In this document: positions 20,301 through 29,512 of the stretch, in pieces
How positions within the stretch are numbered: position 1 is the first letter of the stretch
How the letters are laid out: the number at the start of each line of letters is the position of its first letter
NCBI GenBank assembly: GCA_963824495.1
Contig: CAWGPQ010000008.1
Span: 56,642-120,641, forward strand
Length of the DNA stretch: 64,000 bases
Direction of reading: 5' to 3'
From: an uncultured bacterium
Lineage (GTDB): Bacteria > Babelota > Babeliae > Babelales > Babelaceae
The notes under the pieces: model-generated
What the model was told of the DNA's origin: nothing
The model's database searches: none
The model's input: only the letters and a program-made list of their open reading frames with translations
Program-made: the position numbers and the translations under genes

Positions 20301-21410
20301 TCAGAGCATGTCAAATCGTCGTGAAGCTATACTGTTAAACCATCCTAAGCTGGCAAACGTTATCCAAAGATTACTTACGCCATAGCTTAACAAAGGCAAC
20401 GGTATACCAACAACGGGCAAGAGTCCTGTTACCATGCCTATATTAACAATCATAGAAACTACACAATGTATAACAAGACCTGTTGCAAGCAATTGTGCGT
20501 AAAAGTTTTTAATAGTTGTTGTTACGTAAAAAAGCCGCAAAAATAACAGACTATACAAAAAGATAACCGTGAGCGCTCCTAAAAAGCCCCATTCTTCTGC
20601 CATAACTGAAAAAATAAAGTCCGTTCTACTTTCAGGCAAAAATTGAAACTTGTTCTGCGTACCCTTGAGAAATCCTTTACCAGTAAATCCACCTGAACCT
20701 ATGGCAATTTGAGATTGCTCAATTTGGTAGCGTTCTTTGCGGGAATCTCCCTCGCCAAGAAATACAGCGATTCGTTTCTTTTGATATGGCTTAAGACATG
20801 CCCACGTTAATGGTGCTGTAACTAAAAAAAGAACAAAAGACCACATAAAAAATTTCTTACCAATACCCGCTAACCACATCATAACAGCACTGGCAAAGAG
20901 AAGAATAAGAGCCGTGCCTAAATCAGGCTGCTTACGAATTAATAGCACACTACAACCAACAACAGCTAAAATAGGCACAAATGTCTTAAAAGAATAATCA
21001 ATATCCTTTTCTGTATATAAATAATACGAAAAAAACGCAGGAAAAAAGAGCTTTGTCAATTCTGATGGTTGAAATCTTATACCACTATAACTAATCCACC
21101 GTTGACCCCCCATGCCAATACTTCCCTTAACAAGTGTAAAGAGCAAAAGCACGATAATCCCAAAATAAAAAAAATATCCCCACCGCTGTAGCGTGCGGTA
21201 ATCAATAATACAGCAGGTGATATAGATACAGAGCCCGGATATAACACCAAAAAGCTGCTTTTTAAAAAACAACGAGAACATGTGCTCGGGTCTATACGTA
21301 GCGCTAAATACCAATAGAACACCAAGGCTCGAAAGCACAATTACCAGTAAAAAGCTGAGCCAGTCAAAATAACGAAGATACCGTCGATCAATAAGAAACA
21401 TATAACCCAC
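20301..21410 (-). CDS. SEDS-family peptidoglycan glycosyltransferase (RodA/FtsW)
   Basis: 369 aa, polytopic. Motifs GGQRWISYSGIRFQPSELTKL, RKQPDLGTAL and LPESRTDFIFSVMAEEWGF. Confidence 0.9.
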   Translation of the reverse strand: MGYMFLIDRRYLRYFDWLSFLLVIVLSSLGVLLVFSATYRPEHMFSLFFKKQLFGVISGLCIYITCCIIDYRTLQRWGYFFYFGIIVLLLFTLVKGSIGMGGQRWISYSGIRFQPSELTKLFFPAFFSYYLYTEKDIDYSFKTFVPILAVVGCSVLLIRKQPDLGTALILLFASAVMMWLAGIGKKFFMWSFVLFLVTAPLTWACLKPYQKKRIAVFLGEGDSRKERYQIEQSQIAIGSGGFTGKGFLKGTQNKFQFLPESRTDFIFSVMAEEWGFLGALTVIFLYSLLFLRLFYVTTTIKNFYAQLLATGLVIHCVVSMIVNIGMVTGLLPVVGIPLPLLSYGVSNLWITFASLGWFNSIASRRFDML

Positions 21411-21428
21411 ACAACACGAGCATTATTA

Positions 21429-22379
21429 TTAAGCAGGCAGCGGTAATGACATGCATTGCTGATCTTCAGGAATAAGCCCTTGCTCGTCTAAAAGCATACA
21501 AAGTTTATCACATACTATACTTTTACGCTTGCTTATCGTGCTATACAGTGCTGCATAGCACGCTTGATAGAACTTAAGGCGAGGTTGCTCAAGAGTGCTC
21601 CAAACCTGATTGCTTATTAATTGTCCAGAAAGCAGTGCTTGCCATGCTTTATCGCTTACACAACAAAAGCGTTTGTCACTTGCTATAAATGACTTCATGA
21701 GATAGAGCGGAATCGACTCCAGCACACTTGTGATAAAATTACGCTTGCAGTTTTCTTGCTGTGTATCATGGTTATTCTTGAGCATGGTATAAGCTTGAAG
21801 TATAGATTGAGTTGCCTGTGAAAGGGTTCCAACAACATGATACTTAACGATAGCACGCGCCATATGGCGCAGCTCGTGAACTTGCTTTTTTACCAGCATT
21901 GAGCGTATAAGCGGACCATCAACGATCTGCTCCACACATCGTGCATATGTTTGGCTAGCCCGACGCTGATAAGCATATGCTTCTTTAAATTTTATAGCTA
22001 CTTTATCAAACAGATCAAGATCAAGCTGATGTGATAGTGCTCGCGAGGGATCGAGACGGGTGGAGTTACTGGTATGCATACCCTGAGCAAGCATGGTTGC
22101 TAATTCAAGCTCCGCTTCTTGTGCCAGTAGCGTACTTGCTGAGCGCTCTCTTGACCAATACAGAAGATTAGCAATTGCTACAAGCTCATAATCAGAAGCT
22201 GTCAGAAGCGATTCAGCCCATCTATGAGCAACTGCATCATACTTATCATGATACCTATTTTGAACTCTATCTTTAACTATATCGGCAATTTCTGGCAAAA
22301 AACCCTCGATCAAACATGTAAAGCTTGCAAGTACTGTAAAAATACCAGCTATCCCACATACTATACCCGTGCTTCTCAT
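21429..22379 (-). CDS. Hypothetical membrane-anchored protein
   Basis: 316-aa ORF with N-terminal TM GIVCGIAGIFTVLASFTCLI. No recognisable domain. Confidence 0.5.
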   Translation of the reverse strand: MRSTGIVCGIAGIFTVLASFTCLIEGFLPEIADIVKDRVQNRYHDKYDAVAHRWAESLLTASDYELVAIANLLYWSRERSASTLLAQEAELELATMLAQGMHTSNSTRLDPSRALSHQLDLDLFDKVAIKFKEAYAYQRRASQTYARCVEQIVDGPLIRSMLVKKQVHELRHMARAIVKYHVVGTLSQATQSILQAYTMLKNNHDTQQENCKRNFITSVLESIPLYLMKSFIASDKRFCCVSDKAWQALLSGQLISNQVWSTLEQPRLKFYQACYAALYSTISKRKSIVCDKLCMLLDEQGLIPEDQQCMSLPLPA

Positions 22380-22618
22380 TATCTTCTCCCGTCACGCTTG
22401 ATGGTACACCAACAATTAAGCAGTGTACAAAATAATATACGCAACCCACAATGCATAGTTCAATTTTATGATAATAGCCATTAAGCACATTTTTAATAAA
22501 CACAAGCTTTAGCTAAAACAAAGCTTAGCATCTTTGACGAACTATAGAGCACACATTAAACTCATCATTACAAAATTGTTATTTTAAGTGAAAACTATAC
22601 TTTAAACAAAGGCACCTC

Positions 22619-23287
22619 ATGAATACGTATATTCTGGTATTAGCAATTTTTAGTAGCTTTCTGTTTAATTCGCATCAACTTGTGAGCATGCATGCTTCTA
22701 ACCCAGAGCAACTTGAGCTCAATGAGCAATTACTGAAGGCAGCAAAAGCAGGGAATAAAGATACCGTAATCTCTTTACTAGAGCAGGGTGCTGATGTTAA
22801 TCATGCTACTAACGATTATGGCCATATCGATATCGTAAGGTTACTTATAGAGCACGGTGCTCATGTTAATCATGATTTTCACCAAACTGCTCTTAAAATT
22901 GCAGCTCGAAAGGGATACATAGATATAGTTAAAATGCTTATAGAGCATGGCAAGGATGAAGCGAAGTATGATGCTCACCTAAACATTCGTAACCATCAAG
23001 CGTTAACCCCCCGGTCTCTTGCGCAAAAATATCGCAACCGCCAGGATATTATACGCATTCTTAAGCCTATGGCAGGCCAAGCACTGCTTGCTTTACTTTC
23101 AACTGAAGGTCAAGAACAACGCTTCGGTGTATTCTATACCAATAACGATACCAGTGGAACAGCACAGACTTTAGGTGTTTTACCTGACGGTATACTTCCC
23201 GCTGAAATTGCTGCCAATATTGCCCATTTCGTTGTTACTCAAAGACAACCTGAACAAGCACGATCAAACCCTAATTCCAACTCTTAG
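22619..23287 (+). CDS. Short, eroded secreted ankyrin-repeat protein with degenerate family-A tail
   Basis: Leader MNTYILVLAIFSSFLFNSHQLVS. Truncated ANK units (GHIDIVRLLIEHGAHVN, GYIDIVKMLIEHG). Tail LPAEIAANIAHFVV. Confidence 0.7.
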   Translation: MNTYILVLAIFSSFLFNSHQLVSMHASNPEQLELNEQLLKAAKAGNKDTVISLLEQGADVNHATNDYGHIDIVRLLIEHGAHVNHDFHQTALKIAARKGYIDIVKMLIEHGKDEAKYDAHLNIRNHQALTPRSLAQKYRNRQDIIRILKPMAGQALLALLSTEGQEQRFGVFYTNNDTSGTAQTLGVLPDGILPAEIAANIAHFVVTQRQPEQARSNPNSNS

Positions 23288-23302
23288 CGTAGTTTATTGA
23301 TA

Positions 23303-23632
23303 TTAATAGAGCTTGCCACCAGGGGGTATATCTTTATCCGGTGAAACAAGAATTACGTTGCCTTGAGCATCAGGGAAGCCAAGAACCAGCACTTCAGAAA
23401 TAGCTGGGCCAATCTGGCGTGGCGGAAAATTAACGACAGCAGCAACAAGCTTGTTAAGTAATTCGTCTTTTCTGTAATTTGTAGGTAGCTGTGCACATGA
23501 CCTTTTGATATCCCCCGTAGAACCAAAATCAACTTTGAGCTTATAGGCGGGCTTACGTGCTTCGGGAAAGTTTTCAATATCAATAATTCTACCTACACGG
23601 ATATCAACTTTTTGAAAATCATCAAATGCTAT
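23303..23632 (-). CDS. csaA: CsaA-like tRNA-binding-domain protein; no canonical start, ATA at the expected position
   Basis: My own translation gives (I)AFDDFQKVDIRVGRIIDIENFPEARKPAYKLKVDFGSTGDIKRSCAQLPTNYRKDELLNKLVAAVVNFPPRQIGPAISEVLVLGFPDAQGNVILVSPDKDIPPGGKLY*. This aligns collinearly with B. subtilis CsaA as I recall it. The frame is open only from the TGA at 23645-23647, and the first ATG/GTG/TTG lies far inside the domain. The gene is missed by the ORF track. Confidence 0.7.
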   Translation of the reverse strand: MAFDDFQKVDIRVGRIIDIENFPEARKPAYKLKVDFGSTGDIKRSCAQLPTNYRKDELLNKLVAAVVNFPPRQIGPAISEVLVLGFPDAQGNVILVSPDKDIPPGGKLY

Positions 23633-23683
23633 CCTGTATTTGTCTCAGAATGTTGATTACTAAACAAGAGAGTGGAGATAATA

Positions 23684-23759
23684 TGGTCGGGGTGGCCAGA
23701 CTCGAACCGACAACCCCTCGCTCCCAAAGCGAGTGCGCTACCAATTGCGCCACACCCCG
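23684..23759 (-). tRNA. tRNA-Pro (anticodon UGG)
   Basis: Reverse complement CGGGGTG-TG-GCGC-AATTGGTA-GCGC-A-CTCGC-TTTGGGA-GCGAG-...-TTCGAGT-...-CACCCCG-A-CCA. 7-bp acceptor stem with C1-G72, anticodon loop TT-TGG-GA, encoded CCA. Confidence 0.9.
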
Positions 23760-23813
23760 ACAATATATGTTAATTGTACGATCTTTTTCTTCTTGTTGCA
23801 AGCTTTTTTTAAG

Positions 23814-23890
23814 TGGGGTGAATGGTGGGATTCGAACCCACGGCCCCCAGAGCCACAATCTGATGCTCTACCAACTGAGCTACATCCACC
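23814..23890 (-). tRNA. tRNA-His (anticodon GUG) with encoded G-1 and CCA
   Basis: Reverse complement G-GTGGATG-TA-GCTC-AGTTGGTA-GAGC-A-TCAGA-TTGTGGC-TCTGG-...-GTGGG-TTCGAAT-CCCAC-CATTCAC-C-CCA. The extra 5' G pairs with C73, as expected for bacterial tRNA-His. Confidence 0.9.
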
Positions 23891-24123
23891 ATAGAAGCTT
23901 TATATTAGTATAAAAGATTACAAGCAAAAAATCAAAAATTTTAAGCTTTACCGACCTATTTTGTGGTATACTTTATTATAAGTATTCCTGAAAGAGTCTT
24001 TATGCAAGGCTCGATGATCTTAAAGGTACGACAGCTCTGGGCGGGTATAAATTTTACAAAAAGATAATTTTTTGCTAATATTATTCAAATAGATATTAAT
24101 CAAGAAAGTATGGTATAACTAGC

Positions 24124-26661
24124 ATGACGAACCGCAAGAGAACGATCAAAGTTATCGGTGCGCGTGAGCACAACTTAAAAAATATTACCGTTGAGATTCC
24201 TAAAGATACCCTGACCGTAATAACCGGCCCATCGGGGTCAGGCAAGAGTACACTCGCGCTTGATGTTCTCTATGCTGAAGGTCAACGACGCTATATGGAA
24301 TCATTGTCATCATATGCTCGTCAGTTCTTAGGTATGCCCAAGAGACCTGATGTTGATAGAATCGAGGGGCTATGTCCTGCCATTGCTATCGATCAAAAGA
24401 CCGTTGGAGCAAATCCACGCTCTACCGTTGGCACTATTACTGAAATTTACGATTATTTGAGGGTTCTTTTTGCCCGCATTGGCATTCCCCATTGCCCTCG
24501 TTGCACACGACCTATACAGGCAGAAGCTGCCGATACCATAGCTCATAAGCTTCTTGAGGATTTTGCTGATCAGTTTATGAGCATAACGGCACCTTTAGCT
24601 CATGAGAAAAAAGGTGAGTTTAGTGGTGAACTTGAAAAGATTTTTATGACCGGCTACCATCGCTTTATCATAGATGGCCAACGCTGTACGTTTAACTCAC
24701 TTCAAGAACTTCGCGATCTTCACCTTAAAAAAACATTTCGCCATTCAATAGATATACTTATTGATTCACTTAAAGCTACTTCTGAAGAATTACCTCGTTT
24801 ACAAGAAGCACTTGAAAAAGCCTATTCTCTGGCATCTGGTTCATGCAAAGTTCTGGTTGGAGCAGCTGAATATACATACTCTGCTCAACGTATGTGCCTG
24901 AGCTGTAATTGCTCATTTCCTGAGCTTGAGCCGCGCTTTTTCTCGTTTAATTCACCGTTAGGCGCCTGCAAAGATTGCCATGGATTAGGTATAAGTATGT
25001 CGTTTACCTGGCCCAAACAAGACTATTTCGAAAGTATTGATCTTGAAGAACGGCCGTGCCAACGATGCAAGGGTAAACGTTTGCATGATTTAGCACTTGC
25101 TGTAACCATCGGTTCAAAAAATATTTATGAACTAGGACAGCTGTCGCTTAAAGATGCTCTCGATTTCTTTACCCAGATCAAGCTATCCGAATCAGAGCAG
25201 GTTATTGCTGAGCGGTTACTGTATGAAATTAAAAATCGTTTAACATTTCTCAGTGATGTTGGTCTTGATTACCTATCTCTTAATAGAACAGCACGAACTC
25301 TATCGGGTGGCGAAGGTCAGCGTATTCGTTTAGCTACACAGATAGGGTCAGCCTTGAGTGGTGTACTCTATGTTCTTGATGAACCGAGCATTGGCTTACA
25401 TCAACGTGATAACGATCGTCTTATTGCTACCCTTAAGCGCTTACGTGATCAAGGCAATACCGTCGTTGTTGTTGAGCATGACCATGACACTATGCTTCAT
25501 GCTGATCATCTTATTGATATGGGTCCTGCTGCAGGTATAGAAGGAGGCGCTATTGTTGCCTCCGGTACACCTACTGAAATTACAGCCAATCCAAACTCGC
25601 TTACAGGAGCATATTTAGCTGGCAGGCAGGTCATAAAGCGTCCTACTGCACTACGACAACCACGAGGGTTCCTGACGCTCAAGGGCGCAGTAACGCACAA
25701 CCTAAAAGATCTTATCGTACAGTTTCCTCTTGGGGTCTTGTGTGGTATATCAGGTGTTTCCGGCTCAGGTAAGAGCACGTTAATTATGCACGAATTGGTA
25801 CCGCTTATAAAAACTGCTCTCAATGTACGCTATAAGATTGCCCTTGAAAATACTCGCATTGAGGGAATTGATCAGATAGAAGATCTTGTTGTCATTGATC
25901 AAAGTCCTATTGGTAGAACGCCACGCTCAAACCCAGCTACCTATTTGGGCATTTTCGATGATATTCGCAGTTTATTTGCACGCACACCTGAAGCAATCGC
26001 ACGAGGATACACATCAAGCCGCTTTAGTTTTAACACCGGCCAGGGACGCTGCTCAAAGTGTAATGGTGAAGGCACTATTACGGTTTCTATGCACTTTTTG
26101 CCTAATGTGACGATGCTCTGTACTCAGTGCAAGGGAACGCGCTATAATGCCCAAACGCTTGAGATTACGTATAAAAATAAAACCATCTCTGATGTGTTGG
26201 CTATGACAGCCTATGAAGCTGCTGAATTTTTTTCTGCGCATAGTGCTCTTGCCAAACGTCTCAAGCTTTTATGTGACGTTGGTCTTGATTATATAAAGCT
26301 TGGTCAGCCATCAACAACGCTATCTGGTGGCGAAGCCCAACGCATTAAATTAGTATTTGAGCTTGCCAAGCGTGGTCACAATACGCTCTATATCTTAGAT
26401 GAGCCGACAACCGGCTTACATACCAGCGATATCGCTAAGCTCTTACACGTATTTGATCGCTTAATTGATAAAGGCAATACTGTTCTTGTCATTGAACATA
26501 ATCTTGATGTTCTCAAGACCGTTGATTATCTTATAGATCTTGGACCTGAAGGTGGCCAGAACGGAGGATCTCTTGTAACATATGGCACACCCGATGACGT
26601 TGCTGCTTGTTCAACAAGCTACACGGGTCACTATCTTAAAAAGCTCCTCCGCCGTGCTTGA
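24124..26661 (+). CDS. uvrA: Excinuclease ABC subunit A, short form lacking the insertion domain
   Basis: 845 aa with two ABC modules (GPSGSGKST / GVSGSGKST, LSGGEGQR / LSGGEAQR) and zinc-module cysteines. Only about 22 aa lie between CKDCHGLG and CQRCKGKRL. Confidence 0.9.
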   Translation: MTNRKRTIKVIGAREHNLKNITVEIPKDTLTVITGPSGSGKSTLALDVLYAEGQRRYMESLSSYARQFLGMPKRPDVDRIEGLCPAIAIDQKTVGANPRSTVGTITEIYDYLRVLFARIGIPHCPRCTRPIQAEAADTIAHKLLEDFADQFMSITAPLAHEKKGEFSGELEKIFMTGYHRFIIDGQRCTFNSLQELRDLHLKKTFRHSIDILIDSLKATSEELPRLQEALEKAYSLASGSCKVLVGAAEYTYSAQRMCLSCNCSFPELEPRFFSFNSPLGACKDCHGLGISMSFTWPKQDYFESIDLEERPCQRCKGKRLHDLALAVTIGSKNIYELGQLSLKDALDFFTQIKLSESEQVIAERLLYEIKNRLTFLSDVGLDYLSLNRTARTLSGGEGQRIRLATQIGSALSGVLYVLDEPSIGLHQRDNDRLIATLKRLRDQGNTVVVVEHDHDTMLHADHLIDMGPAAGIEGGAIVASGTPTEITANPNSLTGAYLAGRQVIKRPTALRQPRGFLTLKGAVTHNLKDLIVQFPLGVLCGISGVSGSGKSTLIMHELVPLIKTALNVRYKIALENTRIEGIDQIEDLVVIDQSPIGRTPRSNPATYLGIFDDIRSLFARTPEAIARGYTSSRFSFNTGQGRCSKCNGEGTITVSMHFLPNVTMLCTQCKGTRYNAQTLEITYKNKTISDVLAMTAYEAAEFFSAHSALAKRLKLLCDVGLDYIKLGQPSTTLSGGEAQRIKLVFELAKRGHNTLYILDEPTTGLHTSDIAKLLHVFDRLIDKGNTVLVIEHNLDVLKTVDYLIDLGPEGGQNGGSLVTYGTPDDVAACSTSYTGHYLKKLLRRA

Positions 26662-26777
26662 AGAAATGACCCGTTAACAATTAGCATTTGCCATAGCATA
26701 ACTCTTGACTTGGTAAATCATGTGTGTTATGCGTAAAAATATAAATTTGTAATAATATAATAAACGATAAGGTAGAA

Positions 26778-27921
26778 TTGGACGTGGTTAAAAAATTTAC
26801 AAAGTTAAATTTTTTGACAGCGCTTGCTGTAGGCCTCTTGTTGTGCAATAGCACGTTATTAAAAGCTATGGAGGCACAAGAACCAGCAAATCCTGCCAAC
26901 GAATTAATGCCGGTGCTGATATTAATCATGCTAATAGGTTCGGCGATACTGCTCTTATGAGGGCAGCTGATAAAGGAAACACCGATATGGTTAAATTACT
27001 TTTAAAGCATGATGCCGACGTTAACCTTGCTAGCTACGGGTATAAAACTACTGCTATACGGTGCTTACGTATGCAGCGGATATGGGGAATGTAGACCTAG
27101 TGAGATTGCTTGTTGACCATAATGCTAACGTTAATTATATTCAGGAGGAATTTGGCAATACGCCCCTTATTCTTGCTGCTTTTTGGAATCATTTGCATAT
27201 AGTTAGGGTGCTTATAGAGGCAGGCGCTCATGTTAATCATGTTGATAATCGAGGCGAAACTTCACTCCTAATAGCAGCTAAAAAGGGGCACACAAATATA
27301 ACTAAACTGCTCATAGAGCACGGTGCAAAATTACCTACTAACCCAGGACTTATTCAAATAATCAGAAATCAACTCGAAGAAACCATTGGCAATGACTTTA
27401 TCGTAGAGGTTATCCTTGGCAACACTGAGCAAATTACGCAGCTTTTAGAACAAGCTTCACCGGAGCTTACGTATGCACCAGATAGCACAGGCAAAACCGC
27501 ATTACATTGGGCTGCCGCTCAGGGTAACGATAATATAGTAAGACTATTACTTGATCATGGCTTTACCATTAATACCCAAGATGAAGAGGGTAATACACCA
27601 TTACATTTGGCAGCTCGTAATGGTAACTTAAGTACCGTTAAACTCTTACTTGCACGTGATGCTAACGCTACTCTTGTTAACCGAGACGGCCAGACCGCTC
27701 TAGCTCTTGCTCGCCAATACCATCACCCCGATGTTGTTGCTTTCTTAGAAGGAGAAGCTGGTCGTGCTGTGTTTGGCAGAGTGTCACGATTAGGTCGTGC
27801 AGGAGGCTTTGCATGGCAGCCTGAACCTGTAGGTGAGCTTCCAGCCAAAATTGCTCATATAATTGCCCAGTTTACGCAGGCCCCCGGCCACCCTATACTT
27901 CCATCGGGGTCAGTTTCTTAA
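26778..27921 (+). pseudogene. Disrupted family-A ankyrin-repeat gene spread over three reading frames
   Basis: The leader ORF 26778-26960 (MDVVKKFTKLNFLTALAVGLLLCNSTLLKAMEAQEP) is in frame 3. AGADINHANRFGDTALMRAADKGNTDMVKLLLKHDADVN starts at 26909 in frame 2 and ends in TAG. The long ORF 27061-27921 is in frame 1 and starts mid-repeat (LTYAADMGNVDLVRLL). The last piece carries the full C-terminal tail. Confidence 0.7.
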
Positions 27922-27964
27922 GCTTATCACCATGTTTCTATCTTTCTTATATCGATTCACGTTA

Positions 27965-28750
27965 TTAAACGAAATCAAGTCTTTTTTTTAGGTTTCGCAT
28001 TCCTAACACAAGAAAAAAACCAGAAAAAAACACTATTGCCAACAGGCATAACCAAAAGTTGATATAACCTGTTTGGCCTAACATTGCTGCTCGAACTGCT
28101 TCAGTTATATATATCATGGGATTTAAAAGACTTATCAACGCAACGGTTGGTAGTACATGATAGAGTGCCATCCAGGAGAATTGAAAGCCACCCATAAACC
28201 ACATGGGAAAAATAAATCTCGCCCATACGCTGCCCAATTTATTCATGCTAGAAATTATACTGGAGGCCCATAAGACAAAACAGGCATAGAAAACACTTGA
28301 AAAAATCAAACTTAACAAAAGTTGAGCATAGAAGATTTGAGCAAGATCCATCTGCTTCCATAAAACAAGCTTGCCAATAGGGAACATAAGAAGCGAAAGT
28401 AAAAAATACACGATAAAATAATAAGCTGCTTTACTTATGATTGCTAGCCATGATGGTATGGGCAACGTCAGGCTATAGTTAATTACACGATCACCTTCAA
28501 AGTCTGAAACAAGATCTACAGCGTTTGCATAGAGCTCAAAGAGACCCGCTGATGCTAATACACCTGCTAATTGAAATGTACCGAAATCTGCTGATAAGCC
28601 AAAATATGGCATTATATAGCCCATAACTACTATAGTTAAGACTACCCAAATTGTTAGATCTATAAATTTGTCAAAAAATACCTGTTTAAAGACCATAAGA
28701 TCAGAATATATAAGCTCTTTAACCACGGTACCATAAAGTTTTTTATCCAT
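27965..28750 (-). CDS. ABC-2 type transporter permease
   Basis: 261 aa with about 6 hydrophobic segments, immediately downstream of the ABC ATPase. Confidence 0.75.
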   Translation of the reverse strand: MDKKLYGTVVKELIYSDLMVFKQVFFDKFIDLTIWVVLTIVVMGYIMPYFGLSADFGTFQLAGVLASAGLFELYANAVDLVSDFEGDRVINYSLTLPIPSWLAIISKAAYYFIVYFLLSLLMFPIGKLVLWKQMDLAQIFYAQLLLSLIFSSVFYACFVLWASSIISSMNKLGSVWARFIFPMWFMGGFQFSWMALYHVLPTVALISLLNPMIYITEAVRAAMLGQTGYINFWLCLLAIVFFSGFFLVLGMRNLKKRLDFV

Positions 28751-28774
28751 AAGTAAGTTCCAGGTAATATTACA

Positions 28775-29512
28775 TTAATTTTGGCCGGCTTTTAATAACT
28801 CGATAAACACATCTTCAAGATTTTTTTGTTTAAAATCTGACATAAGTTTATCAGGCGTATCGATAAGTTTGATTTGACCCCTATCTAAAATACATACCCG
28901 ATCAGAGAGCTTTTCTGCTTCATCAAGATAATGCGTTGTAAGCAAAACGGTTATGCCATCTTTCTTCAGATCTTTGATCACATCCCACAAGTTTCTTCTG
29001 ATATGTGGATCAAGACCAACGGTAGGTTCGTCCAAGATTATAAATTCGGGCTCATGTATCAAGCTCCGAGCTATCATAAAGCGCTGTTTATAACCACCTG
29101 AAAGAACCGATGGTTTTTCGTGCAAGTATTTTTGCAACTCAAATTGCTTACTTAATCGATCAATGCGAGTTTTACAATCCTGCTTTGAAAGTCCGTAAAA
29201 CTTGCCAGCAAACATAAGATTTTGCTTGAGGGTTAACATAGTATTTAAATTAGGTTTTTGTGGACAATAACCTAATTTAAGCCTAAAAGCAGGAATATCT
29301 TTATAAATTGACTCTCCGTTATATTCAATATCACCTTCTGTTGCGGGATGTAGGGTCGCAATGATCGAAGACAATGTTGTTTTTCCTGCGCCATTAACAC
29401 CCAGAAGACTTAAGATCTCGCCCTTATAGATAGCCAAATCTATGCCCTTTAAGACTTGAGATGTACCGTAACTTTTTTTAATATTTTTAACTTTTAATAA
29501 AATTTTTTGCAT
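28775..29512 (-). CDS. ABC transporter ATP-binding protein (ABC-2/DrrA-like exporter)
   Basis: Walker A GVNGAGKTT, signature LSGGYKQR, Walker B FIILDEPTVGLD. Confidence 0.9.
   Translation of the reverse strand: MQKILLKVKNIKKSYGTSQVLKGIDLAIYKGEILSLLGVNGAGKTTLSSIIATLHPATEGDIEYNGESIYKDIPAFRLKLGYCPQKPNLNTMLTLKQNLMFAGKFYGLSKQDCKTRIDRLSKQFELQKYLHEKPSVLSGGYKQRFMIARSLIHEPEFIILDEPTVGLDPHIRRNLWDVIKDLKKDGITVLLTTHYLDEAEKLSDRVCILDRGQIKLIDTPDKLMSDFKQKNLEDVFIELLKAGQN

Noticed and set aside
23353-23583. ORF-track entry 23353-23583(-), 76 aa.
   Set aside because: It is the wrong frame of the csaA-like gene. The frame I translated gives a full CsaA-type domain.
23622-23913. ORF-track entries 23626-23913(+) and 23622-23858(-).
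   Set aside because: They run through the tRNA-Pro and tRNA-His genes. The translations (VGVARLEPTTPRS...) are the typical artefact of reading a tRNA.
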